This document shows positions 37,431 to 48,671 of a stretch of DNA of 64,000 nucleotides, piece by piece (position 1 is the stretch's first letter; each line of letters begins with the position of its first letter). The notes beneath the pieces were generated by a model. The model was not told the DNA's origin and did not search any database. It saw only the letters and a list, made by a program, of their open reading frames with translations. The stretch is from Paraspadella gotoi (taxonomy: Eukaryota > Animalia > Chaetognatha), in assembly GCA_051294375.1 (NCBI GenBank), contig CM119270.1:3709010-3773009 (forward strand), read 5' to 3'. The position numbers and the translations under genes were made by a program.

Positions 37431-37689
37431 TATGGCAACGGAGGGACATGTGTGATGCCTGGGGTGTGAGACATCACCCGACAGCCGGCGCTCAGGGCTT
37501 TGGACCTGCAGTGACCACCCCATGTCACTGGCGTGTTTATGCCGACACCATGACACTTTAACCAGCGTGACCGAGAGGGGATTGAACCCGGAACTCACGG
37601 TTTTGTGAACGAGTACTTAGCTGTCCAAGCCAATGGGACGAGCTGAGTTTCACCAAGCTATACGGGAGGCGAATTTAGGATTCGCCACA
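37431..37689 (-). mobile_element. Solo LTR with tRNA-like Pol III module (related to the TRIM at 48672)
   Basis: Minus-strand termini TGTGGCG...GTTGCCATA; perfect 4-bp TSD CTAG (37427-37430 and 37690-37693); A-box-like TGGCTTGGACAG (37632-37621); B box GGTTCAATCCC (37588-37578); collinear similarity to the TRIM LTRs. Confidence 0.85.
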
Positions 37690-38800
37690 CTAGTCCATAT
37701 TAAATCTTGCAAGTAACATTTCCGATCCTCTCAGTTTACCTCACATATATTTCCTTTTACTTTTCTCTTCCTTTTCCTTTTCTTTTTCCTTTTCCTTTTC
37801 TTTTTCTTTTTTTTTTCTTTTCCTTCACTTCATTTCTTTCTCTTTCTTTTCTTTTTCTCTTTTTTCTATTTTTACATCTTTTCCTCTTTTACTTTTCTTC
37901 TTTTCTTTTCCATTTCCCTCCTCTCCTTTCCTCCCTACTTCTCTTCTACCACCTTCCTCCTCCTCTCCCCTTCCATTTCCTCCCTCCTCTCCCCTCTCCC
38001 TTCCTCCCTGCCTCGTCTTCTACCTTTCTCCCTGCATCTCTTCTACTCCTTTCCTCCCTCCCTCTCTCACCTTTTCCTACCTCCCTCTCTCTCCCTCTTC
38101 CTCTCTCTCTCCCCCATTTCCATTTCCAGAACCTCTTGGCTTTTGTTTTGGGCTGGAAAAACCTTTTCGAATTCGATAAAAACGAAAAAACGTGACGTAA
38201 AAATCCTGTTTTCCGCCGGCGAAGTTTCGATTTGAGTCGAGATTATCCATCTCAGCCTTAATCTATATTCCCCCACCCGTATGTAAAAAAAAAAAAAAAA
38301 AACTGCTATTTTTAAAAACTCAACGTATGTTTTTTTTTCTTTTCAAAAAATCATTTCGCGAAGAACCGTCTTGAAATACTTAAATACTTAAATATTAATA
38401 CTAATATAATCAAAGAATATTGGCGAAATTGGCACGTTGCAAGCAGCTTGAATTTAAGAATGATTTTTAGAGAGTCTTGGTTAAATGTAGTTTTCAGAAA
38501 TAAAGATTTAAGATGAATTTAATGTTTTCACTCAATTTTTGGTTAGTTTATTCGGGGAAAATATTCCCTTGCCAAAAAAAAAAAACGAAAAACAAAAAAG
38601 AAACAACGACGATTCAGACAAAAACAAAAGCAGTGAATCGAAGGAAAGACTTGTTTTCTTTTCTGACCTCAAAAACCACAAAACCGAAAAAAAAACGGTT
38701 ATATTCCAGAATTTTCAAACTTTTACTCTCGGTTGATTTTTGTCATGAGTGTCTATTAGAAATATCTGAAGAAAAAAGAAACTAGGGCCTAATATATTTA

Positions 38801-38930
38801 TTGATTGAAAGCTTGCTATGTCAATATTTTGTAAGAGTGTTGGAGGCCTTAAAACACTATAGCCTGTCCAAGGTCAGGAGCGAGATAGCCTGTTTAACAA
38901 ATAAATTGGTTGTACCAATTTCATATTTAT
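38801..38930 (+). repeat. Dispersed repeat, copy C
   Basis: TTGATTGAAAGCTTGCTATGTCA..TTGTAAGAGTG..GGAGGCCT..GCCTGTCCAAGGTCAGG..GATAGCC matches copy A. Confidence 0.75.
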
Positions 38931-39252
38931 CATAAACATCACTTTTATCCGGTTCCATTAGAATTGCGTCCATTTATAATTCCACCCGCAATCCTGTATG
39001 TGCAGAATTCAATGTGGGCGGAATTCTACATTGGCGGAATAATATGGGTGCAATTTTATGTGGGCGCAAGTCTTAAAATAGATTAGGCAATAGTAAATGT
39101 TTAATTCAGTCTTTCTCTTGAGTTTTTTGAACCAGATAATTAAATAAGATAATCAAACTTGTACTGTGACGTCGGAATTCGTTTCTGTCTTGAGGTTCTT
39201 ATTTAAAAAAAAGATGCTTGAAACTTTTTCCACAATCGATAATCACCCTCCA

Positions 39253-39254
39253 TT

Positions 39255-39340
<86 letters not shown>
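39253..39340. repeat. (TTTC)n microsatellite
   Basis: Pure tandem run. Confidence 0.95.
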
Positions 39341-39341
<1 letters not shown>

Positions 39342-40216
39342 CTCTTTAAACCACGCCTACTTCTTTCGTTGCTATTAATTAAAAAAATTATATAAATACC
39401 TACGTAGAATAAAAATAAATATTTTTTTAAAAAATAAAATTTTACTTATCTCTCTTTTAAAAGTTAGAATCAAGAAGTCGAGACGATAAAGGAACTTTAT
39501 CCGTGACACAGTGACAATCTCCCTTCTCTCTTTACGACTTTCTTTCTTTCTATCTCTCTCTTTCTTTTTTATTTTCTCTTTTTCTTTTTCTTTCTCTCTC
39601 AACTACTTTCTCTTTCTTGCCTTTTTTAAAAACCGCTAGGTTTGCCCTCGCTGGGCTATCGATTTTTTTTTCAAAGGGAAAAAAAAGTAAATATGAAATA
39701 ATCAGGAAAGAAGAAAATAAAATCCTAAAATCTCTCTCACTCTCTCTCTCNNNNNNNNNNNNNNNNNNNNNNNNNNNNNNNNNNNNNNNNNNNNNNNNNN
39801 NNNNNNNNNNNNNNNNNNNNNNNNNNNNNNNNNNNNNNNNNNNNNNNNNNNNNNNNNNNNNNNNNNNNNNNNNNNNNNNNNNNNNNNNNNNNNNNNNNNN
39901 NNNNNNNNNNNNNNNNNNNNNNNNNNNNNNNNNNNNNNNNNNNNNNNNNNNNNNNNNNNNNNNNNNNNNNNNNNNNNNNCCAACGAAAACGTTTTTCACC
40001 TAAAATCGTAAGAAGTTTAAAAGGATGAAGCTTTTTTTTATTTTTTTGGCGGCTGAAGGAAGAAAAGAAAAACGAGGAAAGGAAAGAAATAAAGAGAAAA
40101 AGAAAAAGAAAAAAAAAGAAAAACAGAAAATAAAATAAAGAAGAAAAAAAGAGGAATAGGAGGCAATAAAATAAAACCCGCGGAAACTTAAAAAAGGGAA
40201 AAACCGGCGGCTGCGT

Positions 40217-40252
<36 letters not shown>

Positions 40253-41054
40253 GCGGCTGGTGCTACTATTGACGTTAGTAAGAAAGGAATTATAAATGGC
40301 GGATTCGGCGGCTCTGGTGACTGGGCAGACGCTGCGGCCAGCGGCAGCGGTGGACAGCGACCGAGGCAGCGGCAGCGGCGGCGCCGTCGCGTAACCACTT
40401 CGTCCTCGAAAAAAAAGTTAAAATTTTCTGTGAGCAGCGAACCTGCCATGGCGAATCCTCGTCTCTGCTCTCTCTTATTCTGTCTCATTCTCTTCCGAGT
40501 CTCTTCTCTCTCTCTCTCTTCTCTCTCTCTTCTCTCTCTCTCTCTCCTCTCTCCTCCTCTCTCTCTCTCTCTTTCTTCTCCTCTCACNNNNNNNNNNNNN
40601 NNNNNNNNNNNNNNNNNNNNNNNNNNNNNNNNNNNNNNNNNNNNNNNNNNNNNNNNNNNNNNNNNNNNNNNNNNNNNNNNNNNNNNNNNNNNNNNNNNNN
40701 NNNNNNNNNNNNNNNNNNNNNNNNNNNNNNNNNNNNNNNNNNNNNNNNNNNNNNNNNNNNNNNNNNNNNNNNNNNNNNNNNNNNNNNNNNNNNNNNNNNN
40801 NNNNNNGAAAGAGAGAGAGTAGAGAGCAGAGAGACGAGAGAGAGATGAGAGAGACGAGGAAGAAGAGAAGAAAAAAAATTCTTGGCTTTTAAAGAAGCTC
40901 AGATCACGTGACTCCTCTGCTTCGTTGCCTGGAAACCATTTTTCACGATCTTTCACTTCACCTTCGTTCGTTTAGCGGCGACGTTGTAGTAGTCGTCGTC
41001 GTCGTCGTCGTCCTCATCGTCGTCTTAGCTTTCGTTGTCGTTGAAACATTTTTG

Positions 41055-41160
41055 ATATTCAGACGTTCACATATTTAAAGATTCCGACATTCAGACGTTA
41101 AGAAATTAAGACATTTGAGATTCAGACATTCAGACATTCAGACATTTTTGATATTCAGAG
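41055..41160 (+). repeat. Degenerate (ATTCAGAC)n short tandem repeat
   Basis: Repeated TTCAGAC(A/G)TT units. Confidence 0.7.
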
Positions 41161-42103
41161 GTATACATTCAATTACTACGAAATTTTTACATTTTTATTT
41201 TCAGAAATTTATATAAATTTTTGTTTGTCTACACGACTTGGAAATTTTCTTGAGGAATTCTAATACAGTGAAGTCGTCTTAAAACGAGTTTTTCTCCCGT
41301 GGCCTGGACTGTTAGAGTCAAGGCTTTTCTCTACTTAGACGCTACGTAAAGGAAAGTACTTTTATCAAAGGTTATATGAATGTTTGTGTTTATAAATTTG
41401 TCACTTATTCGGGTTTCAATTTTATTTATGCATAATAAATAAATATGTTACGTCCTATTTTTTTTCGTCGTCGTCGTTGTCGTCGTCGTTGTCGTCGTTC
41501 CGTTTCTTTTCAATTTTCTTCTCATCTTCATTTTCCGCTTTCGTTCATTCGCGTCGTTTTTGTCGTCATCGTTGTTTTGGCATAGCGCCATCTCGACTCA
41601 AGGCTTGTGGCGCCGATGTCCTCCCATGACGGCGCCACGCCACGGCACGCCCCCTTTCGGGCTTTAGCAGCGGTGACACGCGACTCGTGGCTACTGTAGT
41701 AGTTTTTAGTTATCCTTTTGTTTTTCTTTTTTTTTTTGTTTTACTATTTTGTGTTCATAATTTCTCTATTTCTTCTATCATTTCTTAGTTTCTTAGTTTT
41801 TTTATCAATTTCTATTCTTCTATTATTATTGTTCCTGTTTCATTTTTCTATTTTTTATTTTCTCTTTTATTTTTATTTTCTATTATAATTTTTTAATTCT
41901 ATCATTTTCTCTTTTTTATTTTTTTTTCTTCTCCATTTTTTTGTAATTTTTCTCTTCTATTTTTTATTCTCATTTTTTTCTTATTTCAAACTTCGAGTCT
42001 TTATAATCTCTTTGGGGTGTGTTGCCATTGATGCAGTAAACGCGTCCAGAGAGAGAGAGGAGGGAGTGGAGAGAGAGAGAGAGAGAGAGAGACGAGGGAT
42101 GAG

Positions 42104-42139
<36 letters not shown>

Positions 42140-42335
42140 AAGGCATGGTAAGGTGCGTTTCCGTTTTCCCTAGAGCGCTCCCGAGCACAAACTCTATTGT
42201 CTTGGATAGAATTTTTTTTTAGCTCCACTAAGTCTAAATGTAGCCGGAGCGAGAGAAGCAGAGGGCAGTGAACGTAATACGAAAAGGTAACAGGAAAAGA
42301 GAGAGAGAGAGAGAGGAAGAGAGGAGAGAGAGAGA

Positions 42336-42375
<40 letters not shown>

Positions 42376-42449
42376 CAGACAGAAGCGACACCCTCTCATC
42401 AGCGCCCGAGCCAATTTGCATTTTATTCTTCTTTTTGGGACCGGGAGAG

Positions 42450-42531
<82 letters not shown>

Positions 42532-43059
42532 GCCGCCTGGGGAGGAGAAATTGAATCGAAGGGCCGCCTGGGTGGAGGGAAAGAAAAGAAGGCAGAGATC
42601 CTGGATGGACGGCGGGTGTGTGATATAAAGAGGGGACAAAGCGTTGGAAGGAAATAAATAGAGAAAAGGGTGGATTTTTGGGCTTATTTTTCTAAAAAGC
42701 GACCCGTGTTTCGAGTTGAATTCAGAAAAATAGTGTGTTAGGTGTAATTTGTAATGGTTTATTTAAATTTTTTTTTATTCTAAATGAACGAATCATTTTT
42801 CAAGGCAAGCTAGTTTGGATTGAAAGCTTATTCGTTCATTAAAATTAAAAAATTGTATTTATATTTATAAACAAAAAAAATAATAATGAAAATTTATTTT
42901 TAAATCTAAAGATAAGGTTAAAAGAAAAGGGATTAGTTAAGGATAGCATTAGGAAATTTACAGTTTAAAGTTTAATATTGTGATATAAATCCTTTCTTTT
43001 CGTTGTTTGGGACGATTAGAGACAGTTTGAGTTTAGTTTTGACAACGATTTTTATTTAA

Positions 43060-43113
43060 TTCAAAACAGACATGTTTTCGGCTTTATTTCAAGCCTTCAT
43101 CACGTTATGTGAA
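43060..43113 (-). ncRNA. Minimal type-I hammerhead ribozyme motif (PLE-type)
   Basis: Minus strand TAACG-TGATGA-A-GGCTT-GAAATA-AAGCC-GAAAACATGTC-TGTT. Stem II GGCTT/AAGCC is perfect; the core C is missing and there is one extra A (possible read errors). Confidence 0.65.
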
Positions 43114-43285
43114 TGAAAAATATTTTTTGTAAAGGAGAGAGAAGAAAGAGAGATAAACAGAGAGAGAGAGAGAGGGCAAAGTTTAAACCAGAGTTTAGAA
43201 AGGACAGTGTCAATTGGTGGGACAGCTGAAGTTGAGAAAAAACAGAGTAAGTTGTGAAAAGAAGTGAAATGGTGAAAAAGAGAGG

Positions 43286-43323
<38 letters not shown>

Positions 43324-43576
43324 AAAAACAGTGCAAAATCTTTTACATTGTGTAATGATATACAATAATAAAAGTTTTAAACTGATGAATATTAGTGAAT
43401 ATATAAAAATTAATCTACTTAATAATTAGTGAGAATGAAACAGGAAATTTGAAATTGAAAGGATAGATTTGAGAGATGAGTATAATAAGTAATAAAGTGT
43501 GTTGGAAACTGTTGCCTCTTCTCTCTCTCTTGTTTATCTCTCTTTCTCTCTTCCTTTACAAAAAATATTTTTCAAG

Positions 43577-43628
43577 TTCACTAACGCTGATGAAGGTTGA
43601 AATGAAGCCGAAACATGTTCTGTTTGAA
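43577..43628 (+). ncRNA. Minimal type-I hammerhead ribozyme motif (PLE-type)
   Basis: TTCACTAACG-CTGATGA-AGGTTGAAATGAAGCC-GAAACATGTTC-TGTTTGAA: CUGAUGA and GAAAC cores, palindromic ACATGT stem III, and stem I AACG/TGTT plus TTCA/TGAA. Confidence 0.7.
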
Positions 43629-44124
43629 TTAAATAAAAAATCGTTGTCAAAACTAAACTCAAACTGTCTCTAAAAGTTTAATATATAAATTTAAACTAAA
43701 GGAAATTAAGGAACCGAAAACGGGTCGCCTTTGAAAAATAGCGCAAATTGTTTTAGTTGTGGGGTCAACATAGAAAAGAATTGCGGAAGAAGGATACGTG
43801 GAGTCAAGGAAGGGCTAAGGGGAAAAAACTGCTAAGGGCAAGGGGAAAAAGAAAGCTTTAAATGAAAAGGGATAGAGAGAGAATTAACTAGGTAAGTTCT
43901 GCACTTTAAAACGAGGCAGAGGATGAGGGTAAGGGAAGAAGTGAGGGGAAGAGGGTTGTGGGCGAGGGGGGGGGGCGTTTGGGTGAGGAGGGAGGCGGGG
44001 GAGGTGAACCGTCTTTTCGCGATAAGGCTCTTCTGTCTCTTCTGTCTCTTCTGTCTTTTCTGTCTCCTCTTTAAATGAAAAATATGATTACGAGTCTTTT
44101 GTGAAAATTGTTGCGTCGGACGCT

Positions 44125-44410
44125 GGGGAGGGGATGGGGGTAGGGTGGGATGAGGGCGAATTGGGGTGGGGTAGGGTGGGATTAAGGGCGAATTGGAGGA
44201 AGGTAGGGTGGGATGAAGGGCGAATTGGGGGTGGGGGTAGTGGGACGGCATGGGGATGGGTCGGTGGTGGGTGGGAGGTAGGGTGGACGAAGGGCGAATT
44301 GGGGTGGGGGTAGGGTGGGACGAAGGAGGGGGGTGGAGTAGGGTGGGACGAGAATGGGGTGGGGAGAGGGGACAGGGCGAATGGGTGGGAGGGTAGTGGA
44401 CGAGGGCGGA
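44125..44410 (+). repeat. G-rich ~32-bp minisatellite (GGGCGAATTGGGGTGGGGTAGGGTGGGA..), G4-prone
   Basis: Several GGCGAATTGG units with GGG runs. Confidence 0.8.
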
Positions 44411-44530
44411 GGGGTTGGCGGTCGGGTAATTGTGGGGAAAGAAAGGGGGTTTTAGGGAAAGTTTGAAAACTGGATATGAAATTGATACAATAAATATGAA
44501 ATTATCCTTTTTTCAGACTTTAGTCAGGCC

Positions 44531-45645
44531 AAGGTTAGTTTATGGCATTCATCGATATTACAAGATAACAGCATAACAGGACCCTGGGAGCTTTTAGTTA
44601 AGAATTTACCAGTCTGTTCATGTTAATTAAGTTTCAATTGAATGAAAAGGACCACTCCTCTGTGATATATTGTAAAATTGTTAAGGAGTCATGAATTCGC
44701 ATGACGTCAAAAATAATTGATCAAAATCATGGGTATAGTGAAAATCGTTTTAAAAGCGACTTACAAAAACAATACGTACTACAAGAATCCTTTGAAATAA
44801 ACCAAATCCGGTAGCGGACGAAGTTGCGCGATGAAGAGGGGGAAAAAATCAAGGTAAGGTAAGTTAACGTAAGGCGAGGAAGAAGGTAAGTGAAAAACGG
44901 AAGAAAGAGAGAAAAAGGAAAAAAAGGACGGAGCGCGGGTTAGGTTTTCCTATCGAAGAGAAAGCTGCGGCCGCAACTTTCCCGAGGGGAAGGAAATTCT
45001 CTGGGGAAGAGAAAGGAAGCGTCGACGAGGAAAATGAAAAAAGATAAGGAAGCCAAAGATGCAACAATTTTTTTCCCTTTCTTTTTTCAAGGATACAAAT
45101 TTTGTTCTTTGTAAAAGGAAGATCGTGGTTTGAGCTGTTTAAAGTTTTATGTCTCCCGCAGTTGATGGGGAAAATAAGGCTTTTGGCGCTGGAGTAAATG
45201 AGGCTTTTGGCGTTGGAGAAAGTGAGGGATTGGACGCTGGAGTAAAGAAGACTGTTTAGTATTTAGTGCTGGAGTAAATCTAATATCTGTAGCTTGAGAC
45301 TGTTGGCGCTGGGGAAGACTGAAATCTAACAACTTTGTTAATAAATTGTAGGCTTAAAATATCAATAGCACGTCTGAAACTAAATAAAAAATCTTAATAA
45401 TTTAGTCGATTTAATATTGATTTAAAATTATAAAATTAGATCATAAAAAGTTTTATACAAGTTAACTTTGATTTAAAACTCTCTCAAGAACCTTTCCTGC
45501 CTCTTAACCTCTTCGCTGTTAAAACCCCCTTTGCGGGATTCGCCTCCTCCTCCGCCTCTTCCTCCTCCTCCTCCTCCTCAGGGGGAACGCCTCCCTTTGT
45601 TGGAGCGAATTCGGAGAAAGGACGAGGCGGCCTTGTTGTAGGAAC

Positions 45646-45717
<72 letters not shown>

Positions 45718-47025
45718 TGAGATTTCAACGTGGCCGCTCACCGTTAATTCGGTTACGTTGACCGAAATCTGTCGAATTTGCATTCAGCATCGAATCGCTG
45801 TCGAGTGAGTTTCAGGTGAGGAGGTGAAGGGAGGGTGAGGTGAGGCAGAGTGAAGCGGGGAAAGGTGGGGTACGGCGCGACTAAGAGTTGGCATAGTAAA
45901 ATCAGAGTTGATAATTTATGATATGAAAGGTAAAATATTATTTGTTTTAGCATATTTTTTGAAGAAACTCTAAAATACAATAAATATAGTAATACACTTT
46001 TGTTAATTAAAGAAAAAACATTTTAACTCAGTTTAAATAATGCCTTGACATTTTGGATTAAAGCTTTATCTACATTTGACATATATTTATGATTATTTCA
46101 GGGGGAGAGAGAAAACGTTAGATCATAGATATGAAAAAAAAGCGACAAAAAATAAGAAACAAAAGGGTGGCGAAGATGAAGGCAAAGAGAAAGAGGAGAC
46201 AGAGAGAGAGAGATAAAAAGAGAGACAAAGATAAAGACACAGAGAGAGAGCCAGAGATGGAGACAGAGACAGAGAGAGAAAGTTTGAACGAAGAAAGCGA
46301 CGGCAGCTCACAACCAAAAACGCGATGCTTTTATCATGGAGAATTTATTTCATCGTCGTCTTCGTCGTCTTCGTCGTCTTCGTCGTCGTCGTCGTCGTCG
46401 TCGTCTTTTTCTTTTTTCGACTTCATCGTCCTGGTATTCTTTGTTGTCGTCGTCGTAGTCTTCGTCGGTGGCGCAGGGCTTTCAATAAATATAAATTTAT
46501 GGACTCGAAAAGGAGAGAAAAATGGGGAGGATTTTATGCACCGCGGTTGTCGAGTTTGGAAAAAGAATTTTGGGCGTCGTTGTTGTTGTCGTCGTTGTTG
46601 ATGTTTATTGTGATAAAAATATAAGGAGGCCAGGGTTACTGCAACTCCAGTTTTCGTCCTTCCGTTTGAAATCTGTCCGTCCGTTCGTCCATTTGTGTCT
46701 TACACATCTCGAACGGACTTGAGTATTCGTTTAATTGATTTGCTGGGACGAATTAATTAAATGGATTTATATTTAAAATTGTTTATCATTTACGAGTAGT
46801 TACGAGACCGCATTGACAGGTAAAAATATCAAAAAAGTAAGATAAAAAACATATGCTCTAAATCCTTTATACAGTCGTTAACATAAATAGACAGACAGAG
46901 ATAGAGATAGAGACAGAGTCCCGACGAGAAGAAAATTCAAGTTTATTAAAATCTTTAGTTTCACTAAAATCAGTTTCTTCTTACCAAGAGTTCCACTCCA
47001 GAGAGAAGCCATTAATTCTATACAA

Positions 47026-47060
<35 letters not shown>
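44531..47060 (+). repeat. 2.5-kb duplicated segment, copy 1 (insertion-free)
   Basis: Collinear with 47066-52575 from GGTTAGTTTATGGCATTCATCGAT to CCATTAATTCTATAC. Confidence 0.9.
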
Positions 47061-47064
<4 letters not shown>

Positions 47065-48231
47065 GGGTTAGTTTATTGGCATTCATCGATATACAAGATA
47101 AACAGCATAACAGGACCCTGCGAGCTTTTTAGTTTAAGAATTTACCAGTTGTTCATGTTAAATTAAGTTTTCAATTGGATGAAAAGGACCACCCTCTGTT
47201 ATATATTGTAAAATTTGTTTAAGGAGTTCATTTGAATTCGAATGACGTTAAAAATAATTGATCAAAAATCATGGTATAGTGAAAATCAGTTTTTAAAAGC
47301 GACTAACAAAAAACAATCACGACTACAAGAATCCTTTGAAATAAACAAATCGGTAGCGGACGAAGTTAGCGCGATGAAGAGGGGGAAAAAATCAAGGTAA
47401 GGTAAGTTAAGTAAGCGGGGTAAGGTAAGTGAAAAACGGAGAAGAAAGAGAGAGAAAGGGGAAAAAAGGACGCCAAGCGCGGATAAGGTTTTCCTATCGA
47501 AGAGAAAGCTTGCTGGCCGCAACTTTCCGAGGGAAGAAAATTCTCTGGGAAGAGAAAGGAAAGCGTCGACGAGGAAAATGAAAAAAGATAAGGAAGCCAA
47601 AGATGCAACAATTTTTTTCCCTTTTTTTTCAAGGATACAAATTTTTTTTTTGTAAAAGGAAGATCGTTGGTTTTGAGCTGTTTAAAGTTTTATGTCTCCC
47701 GCAGTTGATGAGGGAAATAAGGCTTTTGGCGCTGGAGTAATGAGGCTTTTTGGCGTTGGAGAAAGTGAGGGATTGGAACGCTGGAGTTAAAGAAGACTGT
47801 TTAGTATTTAGTGCTGGAGTAAATCTAAATATTTGTAGCTTGGACTGTTGGCGCTGGGGAAGACTGACAATCTAACAACTTGTTAATTAAATTAGGCTTT
47901 AAAATTCAATAGCACGTCTGAAACTAAATATAAAAAAATCCTTAATAATTTAGTCGATTAATAGTTGAATTAAAATTATTAAAATTAGTCATTAAAAAGT
48001 TTTGATACAAGTTTAACTTTGATTTAAAACTCTTCTCAAGGAACCTTTCCTGCCTCTTACCTCTTCGCTGTTACCCCCTTTGCGGATTCGCCTCTCCTCA
48101 CGCCTCTTCCTCATCCTCCTCCTCAGGGGAACGCCTCCCTTTGTTGGAGCGGAATTCGGGAGAAAGGACGAGGCGGCCTTGTTGTAGGAACTTCGAGAGA
48201 GATAGAGAGAGGAAGAGAGAGAGATAGAGAG

Positions 48232-48262
<31 letters not shown>

Positions 48263-48671
48263 GAGTGAGATTTCAACCTGGCGCTCACCGTTTAATTCGG
48301 TTACGTTGACGAAATCTGTCGAATTTTATTCAGCATGAATCGCTGTCGAGGAGTTCAGTGAGGAGGTGAAGGGAGGGTGAGGTGAGGCAGAGTGAAAGCG
48401 GGGCAAAGGTGGGGTAGGCGCGACTAAGAGGTTGGCATAGTAAAATTCAGGCGTTGATAATTTATGATTATGAAAGGTAAAATATTATTTTTTTAGCATA
48501 TTTTTGAAGAAAACTCTAAACTACAACTAATATAGTTAATACACTTTGTTAATTAAAAGAAAAACATTTAACTCAGTTTTAATTAATGGCCTTACATTTT
48601 GATTAAAGCGTTTATCTACATTTCGACATATATTTATGATTATTTCAGGTGGAGAGAGAAACGTTTTAGAT

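Larger units (their letters stand above)
42991..43673. mobile_element. Penelope-like element remnant: head-to-head inverted pseudo-LTRs
   Basis: About 170-bp inverted arms 43016-43188 and 43501-43673, each with a hammerhead motif followed by AATAAA; 25-nt extra tail on the left; flanked by a TSD-like TAAAGTTTAATAT..ATAAAT (42966-42990 and 43671-43690). Confidence 0.7.
42679..43744. mobile_element. CGG..CCG-family MITE, copy 3, interrupted by a Penelope-like insertion
   Basis: Left GGGCTTATTTTTCTAAAAAGCGACCCG; right AAACGGGTCGCCTTTGAAAAATAGCGC; internal TTAGG-like words. Confidence 0.55.

Noticed and set aside
37560-37640. Bona fide tRNA gene
   Set aside because: Acceptor and anticodon stems do not pair properly, and the segment is embedded in a TSD-flanked LTR.
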